Positions 24,046-37,435 of a stretch of DNA of 62,802 nt are shown piece after piece (within the stretch, counting starts at the first letter, position 1; each line of letters starts with the position of its first letter). The notes under the pieces are model-generated. The model had not been told where the DNA came from. It ran no database searches and worked only from the letters and a program-made list of their open reading frames with translations. The position numbers and the translations under genes are program-made. Origin of the DNA: Hydrolagus affinis (Eukaryota); contig JAAILG010001708.1 of the NCBI GenBank assembly GCA_012026655.1, positions 1 through 62,802 of the forward strand, written 5' to 3'.

Positions 24046-27000
24046 ACATCTCCAAATAACGCAGTTATTACACTCTACCGTAAATCCTGTGAAGCTCTTT
24101 AATATTTTCCACTGACATGAAGGCAAGGATTATTATTATTAAATTCAATAGCGCCTAAATTCATACAAGAAAACTGGGCATAAATTGGGTATTGCGGTTA
24201 TAATAATAAAATAATCCTTGTTTCGCAACATGCACATATACATGCAGATGTACGCATAAGTGTGTGTCGATATATTTGCTTGCAGATACATCTACAAAAC
24301 ACATACAAATGTGTTGGTTGTGTGCGTTTAAATGCTTTTCACTATTTGAAAGTGTTAAACGCATGCTAATGCGTGCTACGTTGGCGTATAGGTAAGTGAC
24401 CCACAGTTCTATATCTGCAAAGTGTGCGTCTCCGAATGCCTGAAGTCAAAAACAAAACAGTGGAATGTTTTCGTTTGCCTGCCGTTCGCAGTTTGCAAAA
24501 CCCATCAGAAATCCTGCACCGTAACGAGTCCACAAAACCCCCACAAAACACACAGAACCGTTTCTGTGAGCTGAACAGCTGCGAAATCAGACTCGCTTGT
24601 GAAGTGAGAATAAACTGCCTTTAAAACCGTAGAACAGTTAGAAGCTTGTTATAGAGATTAACAAAGACATTGACAAGTGGCACTCCAGTATTTTTGGAGT
24701 TCTATCTGGTATTAACACTCATAATGAGTGCAGGCATGGAGTGAGCATCAGGCCCCATTCATATTATCTCCCTCCAGAGAGATGAGTTCACTTGTTGGCT
24801 GCAGGAAAGGATCCTTCAGTCCCTTTGCTGTAAATGTTAATGCACTGTGAACAGAGAGCCAGTGAAGTCTGAATGTGGCACTCCAAGCCATGCAAATCTC
24901 TGACCTCCACTTCCTTTTCACATTCCCTTCAACCTGCATTTTGAATTTTCTGGAAATTCACACTTTCCATGTGTTGGGCCAGATTGAACAAACAAGAGTA
25001 TTTTCTTCCTCGTTTTTCTCACAGAGAGAGGCTAAAAAAAAACAGGATAGACTTACAAAAGATATATTTTTTTAAATAAAAAAATTCTTGAGTCAAGTAT
25101 TAACCCTTCTGAGCGCCCAAAGATATTCCGAATATTAAGTCAAAAATGATATAATGAGGAATAGAAATAGGCCACCAATAAGGAAGCTTTACAATCCTGC
25201 GTTCTTTCGCTCTTTACACTGTGATCGTGGGCACTGTCCTTACAAAGTACAAATAGTCGCCAAAAAAAAGCAAAAACAACTGGGTGTATTTGTCTCCACA
25301 ACTCACTGGAGGCTCAGTCAATACCTCACCTTCATCATCACCAGACAGCATGTTTGCTTTAGCCAGGAAGGACATGTCGCTCTGATCACTGAAGAGGGGC
25401 GGGCGGTGGAGGGGATGGTGTGGTGGGGGTTTAATTTGTGGGTCGGGTTTGTGGCAGCTGCAGATTTCTGGAAGAAACAATTTTTTTTAAATGCTCTCGG
25501 CTGACAAAATTGAGATAGGCGAGGCTTCGGCGAAAGCCACATGCCAGAGCCAATGGGGGTTTAAAGACGAACTCATCTCTCGTAACTTTAACTTAGAAGC
25601 TATCGAACTTCTAAGAGGGTGGAGGTGGGAAGGCACACTGACGTTTAGTCTAAGGTGTCAGATTGTCTTGAGACGTTGCACTGAACTAATGTAAGGATAA
25701 CCAAATAATCTATTTTTCATTGGTAATTAGAAATTGTTCTCTGGACAAATGTGTTCACATATGTTTAACCCAACCCGTATATTTTGCGCATGGGACTGTT
25801 AACCTAACCTGCAAGTCAATTGTGTCACAGCATATTCTGTGAGACGTCAATAAGATGTGAAAAGCCGCTATATCAAATGCAAGGATTATTATTATTATTT
25901 ATGAAGTAAGAAGGCCCCCATCTGGAAAATAGCTGCTGAATCTTGCTGAACGATGCCAAATAAGGAACATTTCAGCCAAGGGTGGAATTTCATCGCATGG
26001 AATTTTGGATTCCGCGCTATAGTGACAGGAGCAACAGTTATTGGGTCCCAATAGCACAGAACTGCGTCTACGCCAAAGCTCATGAGTTGGCACGAGTCTC
26101 GTAGACTGCAGTTAGACAGCTAGGAGATGGTGGTGGGGGAGGGGAAAGAAGAGAGTCGAGACTCAAAAATTTGGTAGAATACAGTCGTAAATAGTGATAG
26201 TACCAGGGGAAGAGTAACGGATGGTCTCGCAAAAGCTGAGACACTGAAGAAGGTGGAGCTGGTAAATGCAGGTGAATAATCTAGAGATTCTAAGTAAGAA
26301 CCCGAGAAACTGCAGATTTAATTAATATTGAAACGATAGAAGGAAGAGAAAAAAAAGTGAAGCTGACCATAGAGAAAAGGGAGGAAAGGAGAGTGAAATA
26401 ATTGTGGTATAAACATAAAACTTTTTCATTGTTGAACAGTTGCACTTTGTAGGGAGAAAAGTATATTTTTCCAAAAATTGTATTTAAAAGATTTTAGAAT
26501 TTTGGACATTGGCTGGTATTATTATCAGGTGCAACGGTGAAGACATTGGTTAGGTACGTTTGTGGGGAATATTTAATGCGGGTCGTAGAGAAATCTTCAC
26601 ATAGCTGCTAAAGCAAGAGTAAGACAGGTTTTAGTGCTTCAACCATTGACTTCTGCATACACACTGTTCCCACTATAAAATATATGGAGGGTCATAAAAG
26701 CTATCACATTTCCAAATAACTGTAACCCTGGTGGTAAATCAAGATTAATTAAGATTTATGCCACTTTTCTACATAATAAAACTTGCTTCATAGTGTATAC
26801 ATTGAAGTGGGCCCCAGTTAGTTCTGATACTGCCAATATTATTGTGTCACCGGCAGAACCCATCCATAAATTTAACAATTTTGCGGAGACAACCCTCAAA
26901 TTTTCTAAAAGCAATATTGTATGCTCGGTCCTTTGTATGCAAAGTCACACGAAAGCACTCATTATAGAGCGCAAAATAGAATACAAAACAGGAAGCCACC

Positions 27001-27729
27001 CTTTCAGATGTCAATCAATCCACTTTGGATTCCTAGCATTTATCTGTTGTGTTTTATTTCAGATTTTGAGCATCACTAAGTAATTCGACCCTAAAGCCTA
27101 AAATATTCTTAACGGGAATTGCTAAAAAAAAAAAAAAATCCTTTTAAAAAAACTGTTTTGAGTCTCGAATAGTGATTGGCAGCCATCATCAGTGTATCAA
27201 ACCAATATGAGGTGACTTACAGTTCCTGGAGTGGAAGTATGACATGTCAAAATGGAGACAGTATTACAAATGGCTGGTGGCTGAGATTTGGAGAGGAGCG
27301 CAAATCTTAAACCATACAATAGTCAGAGACCATCCGATGAAGAACCAAAACCCTTTGGACCATTTGACATCATCCTACCAGAATAACCTTACTGCACTCC
27401 CATGACAAATTGTTTGTTAAATGAGTCCAGTGTCCTAGCCTCAACCACCCTCCTTCTTGGTAATCTATTCTAGTCATCGGCTGGATATTGTCTTCAAATA
27501 AACATAATGTAACAGTCCATAACTGTTTGTGGGACGCTCTTGTGTGCAATCGGCTGCTGCCGTTCACCAAGGAAATACAGACAATTCGCTTTACGGTATA
27601 TTCTAGATTTACTGTATATCACAACATTCAGGAATTGGTCATTTACTTTTAACTCTGAAGCCTGTTTTCCGTTAGACTTTAAAAGGAACTTACAGAAAAT
27701 CAAGTTTCAAAATTAGGAACGAGGAGTCC

Positions 27730-28050
27730 AACAAAACAACAAGAAAATTTCACTTATAGAGGGCCTTTCACGTCAGGAGGACGTCCCAAGGCGCTGAACA
27801 GTCAGGTCGGGACCTGAGCAAGGGAGTGGGCCAGGGTAGGGGCAAGGGAGAGTGTAGCCTTGGATACTGATGGGATCAGCGCCTGAGGTGCGGAGGCACT
27901 GACGCGAGCCAATCAGGAGGGCCTCAGTCCTGCGGACAATCAGCTGGAGACAGTTGCCTACTCGTCCAGGACTCATTGACTCACAGGCAGACAGTCAGGA
28001 CGTTGGTAGTCCTGGAGTTGAGGGTGGAAGCGGAAAGGTAGAGTTGGATG
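27730..28050 (-). mobile_element. Internally deleted L2-clade LINE
   Basis: The 3' tail (27730-27855) is joined directly to an RT-end segment (TEALLIGSRQ) that normally lies several hundred bp upstream. Confidence 0.8.
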
Positions 28051-28126
28051 ACAACCAACCACTACTTGGATTTTTCCTCATTTTCATTCTCTCTTTGTTT
28101 TTAGTATCGATTCCACTTTCAATCCC

Positions 28127-28150
28127 TCGCTCTCTCTCTCTCTCTCTCTC
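28127..28150. repeat. (CT)n microsatellite
   Basis: Direct reading. Confidence 0.85.
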
Positions 28151-29479
28151 CCCCTATCCATCAATGTTTTTAGTGATCAGTTGCCTTGTCCAATAAAAAA
28201 TTAGTTCCAGTATCTGCTGTAAAGGTCAAACCTGTCAAGTTTAATGAATACCCAAGGAACAATTTTACATTGTTTACTCTGGACAGTCTCTACAACACCA
28301 AAATATAAAATGAGACCAATGACAGTTGTGTCATACACACCTACACTAGTAAAACCAGCAATATTCGCTTCATGTATTGAAAAGCAGTAATAGTTCCTTT
28401 GGGCTATTGTGAATGACTGCAAAGACCAACATTTAACTTGACTCTCACGATTCAATATGATGGAATCAACTGCGTCCGGGAAGAACACAGAACCGCGACA
28501 GTTAACAACGCCATCATGCAACAAACTGGCAGTGAGCTAAAGTAAATTTCAGACCCGTTTAGCCCTGAGCTTTGGAATGGTGATAGAAAGACCTTTAAGA
28601 GTGAGTACGCCTAATAACTGGAGGGCCTGAAACAAGTGTGATGAAAGGATGATAATGTCCTCGCCACATCCAGTGCTTTTAACTTGAAATGAGCTGTGTA
28701 CTGCAAACAAGCTCCCGGTGGGATCACACATTCAGACCAAACTCCGACAACTTGAGAACTCTGTACTGCTGCCAACTATTTTTTTTCCACGGTGCAGTTG
28801 GTATTTTGAGGAGACTGATGGAGGTTATATTTGGAACGGGTGTTACGTCCAAGTTTAAGCAACTATTTATCTGTCATCCGATGAGTTGCACTCTTATTTC
28901 TGTTGACGACAACTAAGATTTAATTAATGTTTTTCCATACCCTTTTTAGTTTCCGCCAGCCTAAGTAGCTTCTATGCTGATATACGACCTCTGCAAGATC
29001 AGAGGAACTGCAGGGCACTGTGAATTTGCCATTTATTCGGATGCACTCGCATCAAACGAGGGTAACAGAGCAAGATTAAAATATTAAAGATGTGAGCGCA
29101 CTGACATCATTAACGTTTGAGTTGAGCGACCATCCGCGGAAAATGACACACAATACAGGATGAGTGTCAGAAGAATTCAAACCTCACAGGGATGTCGAAA
29201 ATGTGAATAAAGCCTGGCCAAGTTCAACTGATTGATTGTACCATGGTATTCAACAGATATCTACTGGTATTCTTAGGCCTGAAAACCCGCCTGGTCTTAC
29301 CCAATAAGTTACAGAAGTATTCTGCCTTCAAAATTCCATCTTAATTAGGAAGCTGGATCTTTTTGAAGAACAGAAATCAGAGTTATCCAGTAGGATGCAC
29401 AATCTAAAGTTTTAAAACAAGATTGTCTTACAGGCTAAGACGAGGTGGAATATCATTAAAGTTCCTTGGAAATGCAAAA

Positions 29480-29919
29480 TAATACTAATAATAATCCCGG
29501 CATTTGATATATCGCTTTCCACATCTTCTAGGCGTCTTAAAGCGATTCACGGAATAGACTGTAAAGTGAATTGACTGTGTATCATATTTATCAGACCTGT
29601 ACTGTAGTCTTATTGCTAGTTCAATTCACACCCACACAAAAACCGAGCGAGCAAATCTTTGTTTAGCCTTCAGTTAAAATGCTGTAAAGTGAATTGACTG
29701 TTTATATGTGGGGAAACCGTGGCAGCCAATTACACACAGCAGCTAGCATCCCACAAACTGTCACGAATTAAAATTACCAGTTGATTACTGGGTTTTTTCA
29801 AAGGATTATTATCAGGTGTGTGGAGAAAGGAAACTTGCCCAAGATTTTGCCTGCCTAGAATTGAACCCAGGACCGTCGATTGCAAGGCGAGTGCTCTAAC
29901 CACCGAGCTATAGGACTCC
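29480..29919 (-). mobile_element. Young SINE split by a 103-bp insert
   Basis: Tail 29480-29578, remainder 29682-29919; a 20-bp duplication flanks the insert. Confidence 0.85.
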
Positions 29920-30643
29920 AAGTCACAGCCACTCTCCTCTTTGAGCCCTTCAGGCACCCATGGAACATATTAACGTAAATTCAATTCGATTCGGATTTCA
30001 AATTGAAACATGATCAATTTGTTCGTTCCTGTGGCAGGTTTTGTGTTTCAGATTGTCAAAATGTACTTCAGATCATCTTGTATTAACTTGTTAGACGGTC
30101 ACGAATTATTCAGGGAAAGTCTTCGACGGAATCCGGCATCAATTTGGGTGCTAGTTTTTCCAGCGATTTTTTTCGGAAAAAAATTTCAGGCCGAATTTAA
30201 GAAACGCCCACCATCCTGTGTGCTGTTGAATTTTTTTAAGTCATTTTTATAAATGTGAATCGGAAAGGCATCGGAAAGGATGCTACTTGACAGGGACTTG
30301 ATCAGAAGAGCATGTTAAATTCCAGAGCGATTATCGTCCTGAACAGCTGATCTAATTTATGAGATTAAGTGAGTATAATATTAAACAGGTACAAGAAAAA
30401 AACAAAAAGACTTGAAACAGAAATGAAAGGCACATCAAAGAAAATGCTGGCAGGCAGATGTAGCGTAAAAGGTAAAATATAGAAAGGGAATGGGAGTAAA
30501 CCAGCAATATTGCAAAACAGATGGGAAGGATTAGCTCGACTGTCAAAGTTATTCAGTTACTAATACCTGGGTAGACTGAATGGGAAACCTGTCAGAATTG
30601 TGGGCACTTCAATGTTAGATTTGAATACATTTAACAGTGTTTA

Positions 30644-30830
30644 ATAATAACAATCATAATAATAATAATAATCCTTGCAATTGATATGGCGTTATTCACG
30701 TCTTCTAGATGTCTCAAAGCGCTGCACAGTTTATACTGTAACGCGAGTTGACTGTATATTTGTGGGCGAAACGCGGCAGCCAATTGTGCACAGCAGCATC
30801 TCACACACAGTCGTGGAATGAAATAATTGT
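30644..30830 (-). mobile_element. 5'-truncated young SINE
   Basis: Consensus 3' part with (AAT)n tail. Confidence 0.88.
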
Positions 30831-32189
30831 AATATTGCACTATGTTTGGTTCCAGTGCAGGTTTTTGGCATTTGAGGTCTCATTTGAGCATTATATATAA
30901 ATATATATATATATATATATACTGTATATACACATAGTATATAATATTTGATGTTTACTTTGACAGGTGCTTCTTTCATGTTAACACTTTATGTGATGAG
31001 TTTTTTTTAAACCTTACTGAATCTTAAAATCCTTGCAGTAACATTGTCATTCTCTATCATATCAAACATATCTGCATGTATGATGTGCACAGAATCAGAG
31101 CAGGGCGATAGTACACATTAACGTATCTTAGTTGTTTAAAAGTATATGTACAAAAATGTCAAGTAATAAATCTGACCACACATACATATCCGTAACTTAA
31201 TAAATGTGCTTGTGCATTATGTCTCATTTGAAGTATTTCTGATTAGGATTACTTCATAAGGTTGCAAAGCTTTACAACACTTTACAGTAACCTACAATAC
31301 TGCACTCACACCCAACTCCAATACAATTTACGCCCAGAGCAGTAGTTCAGTTGTCATAGAGAATTCTGTTGCAATTCCCTATTAAGGAATAAATGGAAAT
31401 GATTTCCAGATAGAAAGCTTCTTTAATGGGGGGGGAAGGGAGGGGGGCTATTTCTAATAATGACCATTAATCTTTGTGTTTTGCATTGAAAGCATTTTAG
31501 GTCAAACAGGACGAAGGCCCTTTTCTCCCAAATAGATTAAAATTCCAATTTAGACAAGATTGACTCTATTTATGTGACATTTCAGAGTATCTGTATTTTG
31601 GTGTGAATTCTTAAATGCGCGCACATTTGGCTACTACATTTGACTACAAATACGCTTGATAGAATTTGGAGAGGCAGTTGGGTGTCTAACATATGTGGAA
31701 AACCATCAACAACAACAAAATTACATTTGTATAGCGCCTTTCACGTCAGGCGGACGTCCCAAGGCGCTGGACAGTTATTGATGCTCTCTATCTACCCAGA
31801 GAGACGCACCCCTAACCCAAACACAGAGGAAATTAACATCTAACCAGCCTCACATTTGGTAGGGAACCTAGGATTGTAGACTGAAGTCAACAGTTATAAA
31901 CCATTCATGAATTGGCGGCAATTTTTACTTGTTGATCAATTCCATTCCATTCACAATATTCCACATTGTAGATCAGGGGGAGGATGAGAAGCGAGAGAGA
32001 GAGAGACCCAACGTAGGTGTGTGGTCTCAGCCCAAAGCCAACTGCAGCATTAATGTCCTAAAGGAAAGGAGGTATCACTAACAGCTGTGACTAGACTTTG
32101 GGTTTGCACATCAATAAAATATTTTAAAAAATGGTTTACACACATCAAGTTTGCAGCTCATATTTACAATGTTTGCTTCAAAATCTGTA

Positions 32190-32400
32190 TTAATAATAAT
32201 ATAATAATCTTGCATTTGATATAGCGCTTTGATATAGCGTCTTGGAGACATCTCAAAGCGCTTCACAGAATATACTGTAAAGTGAATTGACTGTAAATTT
32301 TGTGGAGGGAAATGCCATCAGCCAATTTCGCACAGCAGCGTCCATCCCCCACAAACAGTCATGGATTGATTGAGTCACCAACTTATTATTATTAGGGAGG
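32190..32400 (-). mobile_element. 5'-truncated young SINE
   Basis: Consensus 3' part; local duplication of tttgatatagcg. Confidence 0.88.
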
Positions 32401-32769
32401 GGATGGCTTATTATGTAACTTAAAACAGTCATTCAAAGCTCAAATCTATAGACCCTGGACATCCCGTTGTCCATGAATTCGGCTATTTTCTGCAATTTAC
32501 CTTTTTACTACTGAAGACACTATTCTGATAGTACAGAATCAGTACAGTTTACGACAGTATTTTGATGTTGTCAGTTGTCTCTGGTCACATTGAAACCACC
32601 AGATGGCATCACTATGAAACCCGTGTGGGAAAATACAGTCATTATCACAGCGACAACATCAAACGCATTGCTTTTAAACACACTGTTTACAATGGGGTCA
32701 GTTTAGTGAGTCACAATGTAATACACTCCATTTATTATATTGAATGCGATTATAACAATCCTGATGATG

Positions 32770-33180
32770 GTGTCGGCCTGGCTCGCGAGGGAGGCATCTT
32801 GGCTTTGAGTCAAAAGGTCGTGAGTTTCAAGCCACGAATTGGGATTTTGAATCCATAGTCCAGACTTGCTTTCCTGTGCAGTGCTCGGGTTCAGCTGCCT
32901 TGTTGGAGGTGCCGACCTTTCGATAAGACATTAAGCTGAAGTACCATCTGACATTTCAGGTGGACGTTAAAGATCCCATGGTATTACTCGAAAACGGAGA
33001 GATTTTTTTCCAGGTTTCCTGGTGATTGACTTGATGGCTGTTTGTGAGACATCGCTGGGTGTGAATTCGCTGTTGCGTTTGCCTGCACGTACACAGTCGC
33101 TACATTTCACAATAAAATCCTCTGAGGCATCACATCGCATTTAACCTGAAGCGCTATATGAAATTCAAGGATTATCATCA
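32770..33180 (+). mobile_element. Old Deu-domain-type SINE, near full length
   Basis: tRNA-like head, central gttggaggtgccgacctttcgataagacattaa...caggtggacgttaaagatcccatgg, tail gcgctatatgaaattcaagg. Confidence 0.75.
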
Positions 33181-36014
33181 AGACTAGAGAAACAGTACGA
33201 CCGACTGTCCTATTTCCCAAAGCAAACTTACTACCAATTCTTAATTACGGACATCCTGCATTGCAAAATTATGGGCATAAAACGGAGTAAGTAAAAAGAA
33301 AGACAAAAGTGCTCAGAATCGTGCAGAGCTGTATAGCGGGTGCTGGGATTTTCCTGAGGGATAAATCTGACCTACTCTCTCTGTCAGTCCTCTGTCAATG
33401 CATCCACATTTCCAGTAATTTTCTTATCTCGGTGATATTAAAAATGTTTCCTGTTTTCAAGGCCCTTTCTCTAGTGGGGCTCCTCTCTGGGGATTTCCTT
33501 ATCTAACTGCTTTGGCGGCAGAACATACACAAGTACAGCACTTTTTTTTCTCTCTCTCTGAAGTTCCGACAGGGATGAATGGCTGTAACACAATACACAG
33601 TCTATTCCACTTAAATTGCCTGATAAGTGACTGACTGATTCTTTAACTCACTAAGTGAGTCAGTCACCGATTCCCATTGTAAGATTGTATATATTTTACG
33701 GCTGTTTCTACCCGGATGTTTTTTCTGAATGTATATTATTTCGAAGGCATTTTATTTTGACAAGATATTTTAGAGACCTACATATTACTGCCTCCACGAT
33801 GCTAACCTTGCCTAAAGGGTACTATATAAATGCAAGTCATTGTTATTGTACCTCTACCTAATACACTTATTTGTATCGTTCTGTGCTTCGCCTCCCACAG
33901 ACATCATCACATCTGCGATTTCACAAGGGAAATTTACAACGTAGGAAACCATTGGCAAATGTCACCAAGCTAATCGCGAGGTTGGAAGCGTTTTGGTTGA
34001 ACCCTGTCCTGCCCTTATCTGGCCTCCATACCTTCATTTAGGGATCATGTATGGGAACCCTCATCTGATTATTTCCCCCTCCGTCCCTTAACCCTGCAGA
34101 GTCCTGGAGCTCAGTGGTTAAAGCTTCGTAAGCAGGAATACCTGGGTTTGAAGCCAAGCAGAGCAAAACCTTGCTTATCTCAAGCCCCCTCATTCTTTTA
34201 TTAATAGTTACTAATTACTGTAACGTCCTGAAGTGCTTAGACACTTTTTACAACGTCTTAAATTGTGACATTATTTCCCACATATTAAATACAGGTACAA
34301 GGTAACATTTCCCAAACTCAAGCGATTTGGGGACTGAAGAGTAATGCCTGTGCAATCTTCTTAAGAGTATCTTAAATATAAAAGATCTAAGTATATAGAC
34401 TGAATGTTGATGATCATAATCTTACACAGATTGCATTGTTCACACATATCCCAGGCTATTTCTATTCCACTACATTTATTTTGATATTGTAAAGCTATCT
34501 AGATATTCAATGTTCCAGCCACACTCAAGCCAGTCATGCAAATGATCAGGTGAAGAGAATGATGAGTGTGAAAACTCATCACCTGGTCAAACGTGGTGAG
34601 AGTTCCCTGTAGGCAAAGTTTGTGATATAAAAGTGACATATGGGGTTCTGGGTTTGGTGGTTAGAGCCCTTGCCTCGCAAGCGAGAGATCTGGGTTTGAT
34701 TCCCGGTGAACCGTTGGGGTTAGGATTATTTCCCCTCCTTACTCCACACACCACTGTTTATTTTTGTACAGTATTTTGTGAAACAAAGGCACTATAACAA
34801 CTTGCACTTGTATAGTGCCCTCCACACAGGGCAGCATCTAACAGCTCTACTCTGCTTCCCAAATGCAAGGATTATTATTATTATTATCTGTCCTATGGAA
34901 AAGCCTTCTCTTCTTGTAACTGATGAATCACTACAAGCTAAAAAAAATACTCTTCCCCATTCATTTTAATAACATTTTTGATCAATGCAAATAATGAGAC
35001 AGAGGGTAGAAATGTTTGCTTGATTAAATAAATGTATTTTTATTAGATTATTTTTAACACTTGCAGCGTGTAATGACCCAGTGATCCAGAAGCTCTCGCT
35101 CAAACACATTGATCAGGGTTTTCTTTTTACAACCTCTCTCAATGGGTGGAAGGAGCCCGGACTGTTTTCAATTATCCACAATACGCTTACAAGCACTTAA
35201 CAGGAGCATTAGCAGAGAGCACAGGTCTGGAGGGCACTGGACTCGGGGAAAACACACACAAAACAACAGCCATTAAACAAGGGAACCGTCCACTCCAAAC
35301 CCAGAAGGCCCAGTAATTCAAAAGGGGTTAAAATAGTTAACACAAGTAATCCAAAAGGGAGAAGATATGCAACAAACAAAGTGATACATGAAAAGAGAAC
35401 TCCTGCTTGTTTGACCTTTAATGCAGATAGCAGATGTCATAGGCTTGATTGCTGCGGAGGGAATTGAAAATTCTCCATCCCACTGTCCCATAAATATTCC
35501 GCTGACGTTTATTATCTTCAGTTTTGCTCAGATGCCAAAATACTTGGACTGCATTAAATTACTGGTTTGCAACGTTTCCACTCTGTCCACAAAGGTCCCT
35601 TATGGAACAGACATATCACTGATCCATTAACATGACATGTTCAACAAACATGCAGCTTCAGCAACATTTGTAAAACTGTACAACTGCTTGGAAATAGATT
35701 CTGTATGTGAATGCCTTATGTACCGATAAACTGTATCGGTACTAAGATTGTGCTAAGTAAACATAGTTCCTTGGGAGGGAGAGGTGGGGGGTTTCATTGC
35801 TTTGGTGAGCAGCACAATGAATAAATCCAAAGTGGGTTGTGGTGAAGACAGATTAAACTAATTCAGATCTACGGAACTCAAATCGCCGGGACCAACATGG
35901 AAAGAACGAGGATCAATATTGAAACATTAACTCCCCTTCGGAGGACAAACTACAGAACTGGACTTGAGCTGACTGGTCTCGGCATCTGTAATCTCTCGCT
36001 TTGCAGTTTAACAT

Positions 36015-36430
36015 TCACGGCCTTGCCCCACCTATCTCTCTGACCTGCTGTCTCCCCATGAACCTCCCCGCCCCCTCTGTTCAGCGGACTCCAGTCTGCT
36101 CCATGTCCCTCGCCCGACGTGCCCTACCATCGGCGGACGGACTTTCAGCTTCTCTGCCCCCGCACTCTGGAACTCCATCCCACAGTCGCTTCGGCTCGCT
36201 CCCTCCCTCGCCTTCTTCAAGGCCGGTCTCAAGACCCTCCTCTTCGATCGTGCCTTCTGCTGCCCTCCCAACTCTCTCCCTCCCCTCCCAACTCTCTCCT
36301 GCCCCTCTCCCCTACCCTGCCCCTCTCCCCTGCTCAGGTCCCGACCTGACTGTTCATTCAGCGCCTTGGGACGCCCTCCCAGTGTGAAAGGCGCTCTATA
36401 AATGTAATTTTGTTGTTGATCTTGTTGTTA
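36015..36430 (+). mobile_element. Young L2-clade LINE 3' end
   Basis: HGLAP..., ctctggaactccatcccacagtcgc, tail cagcgccttgggacgccctcccagtgtgaaaggcgctctataaatgtaattttgttgtt. Confidence 0.92.
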
Positions 36431-37111
36431 ACAGTTGCATTGAGGTCAGTTGAACGACATAGCATCACCTCTGCAAATGGCCATTGTGGTTGCTCGAGTG
36501 ACGGAAAGCCTTGACTCCTGTTGAGATGGTTTGATTTCAGTTCCCGATAAAGGCTTCTATTTGCACCGCAAATTCATTCAACCAGGATCATAGCGTGAAC
36601 ACCAGCAGTGATAAGATATGTTGGTATTCATTTCAAAATCCACAGGCATGAAGATAATTTGTTAATACTCAGACGGAAAGGAAAGTTGATTGAATTTCCA
36701 CAATGGTACAGTGTGTGTTACAATGTGTGGAGGAAGATCAATGTTAGTTTCTGCGTTGGCAGCAGGAGATTTTTGTACCGCGTTTCCTAATAGCACATTT
36801 ACCATTCTTCACGCTGATACAATTGCCTTTCCCCTCCTGTGTGTCACAGGGATTGTGTGGCATAGGGGAGAGCGTGGAATTATTTCAATATCATAGTATT
36901 AGAAATAGAGGAGAAAGGTGAATGAATTGGAAACATCAGATTTGAAATGCGATGCTATCTCCTGATGCTCTGCACCAAGCCTAGGTGGTTTGGTTTGGAT
37001 ATCCCTCATCGCTCTACAATAAAGGGATGTGTTACCTCAACATCGTGGAAGTTTGATACGTGACCTTTTTTTGTCTTTGACCTTGAATTTCTTCAGAAGA
37101 TCACAAGGACC

Positions 37112-37435
37112 TCCTGTGGCTCAGTGGGTTAGAGCACTCGCCTTACAAGCGTGAGACTTGTGTTCGAATCCAGGCAGGTCTTATCGCCGAAACCTTGGTC
37201 GGCAAGTCTCCTTACTCCACACACACGCCTAATAATAATCCGTCCCCCCAAAAATAATAAAAATTGGTCGTTTTCAATCCATGACTGTTTGTGGGGGACG
37301 CTGCTGTGTGCAATTGTCTGCCCCGTTTTGCCCACAAATATACAGTCAATTTACTTTACAGTATATTCTGTGAAGCACTTTGGGACGTCGATAAAATGTA
37401 AAAAGCGCTATATCAAATGCAAGGATTATTGTTAT
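37112..37435 (+). mobile_element. Full-length young SINE
   Basis: A box tggctcagtgggtt, B box gttcgaatcc, consensus body and tail. Confidence 0.93.

Noticed and set aside
34548-34586. tgatgagt-gtgaaa-actcatca hairpin resembling a ribozyme core
   Set aside because: It lacks the CUGA start and the correct topology; an 8-bp stem is expected by chance.
35720-35742. Perfect 9-bp hairpin gtaccgata/tatcggtac
   Set aside because: Isolated and short; compatible with chance in 63 kb.
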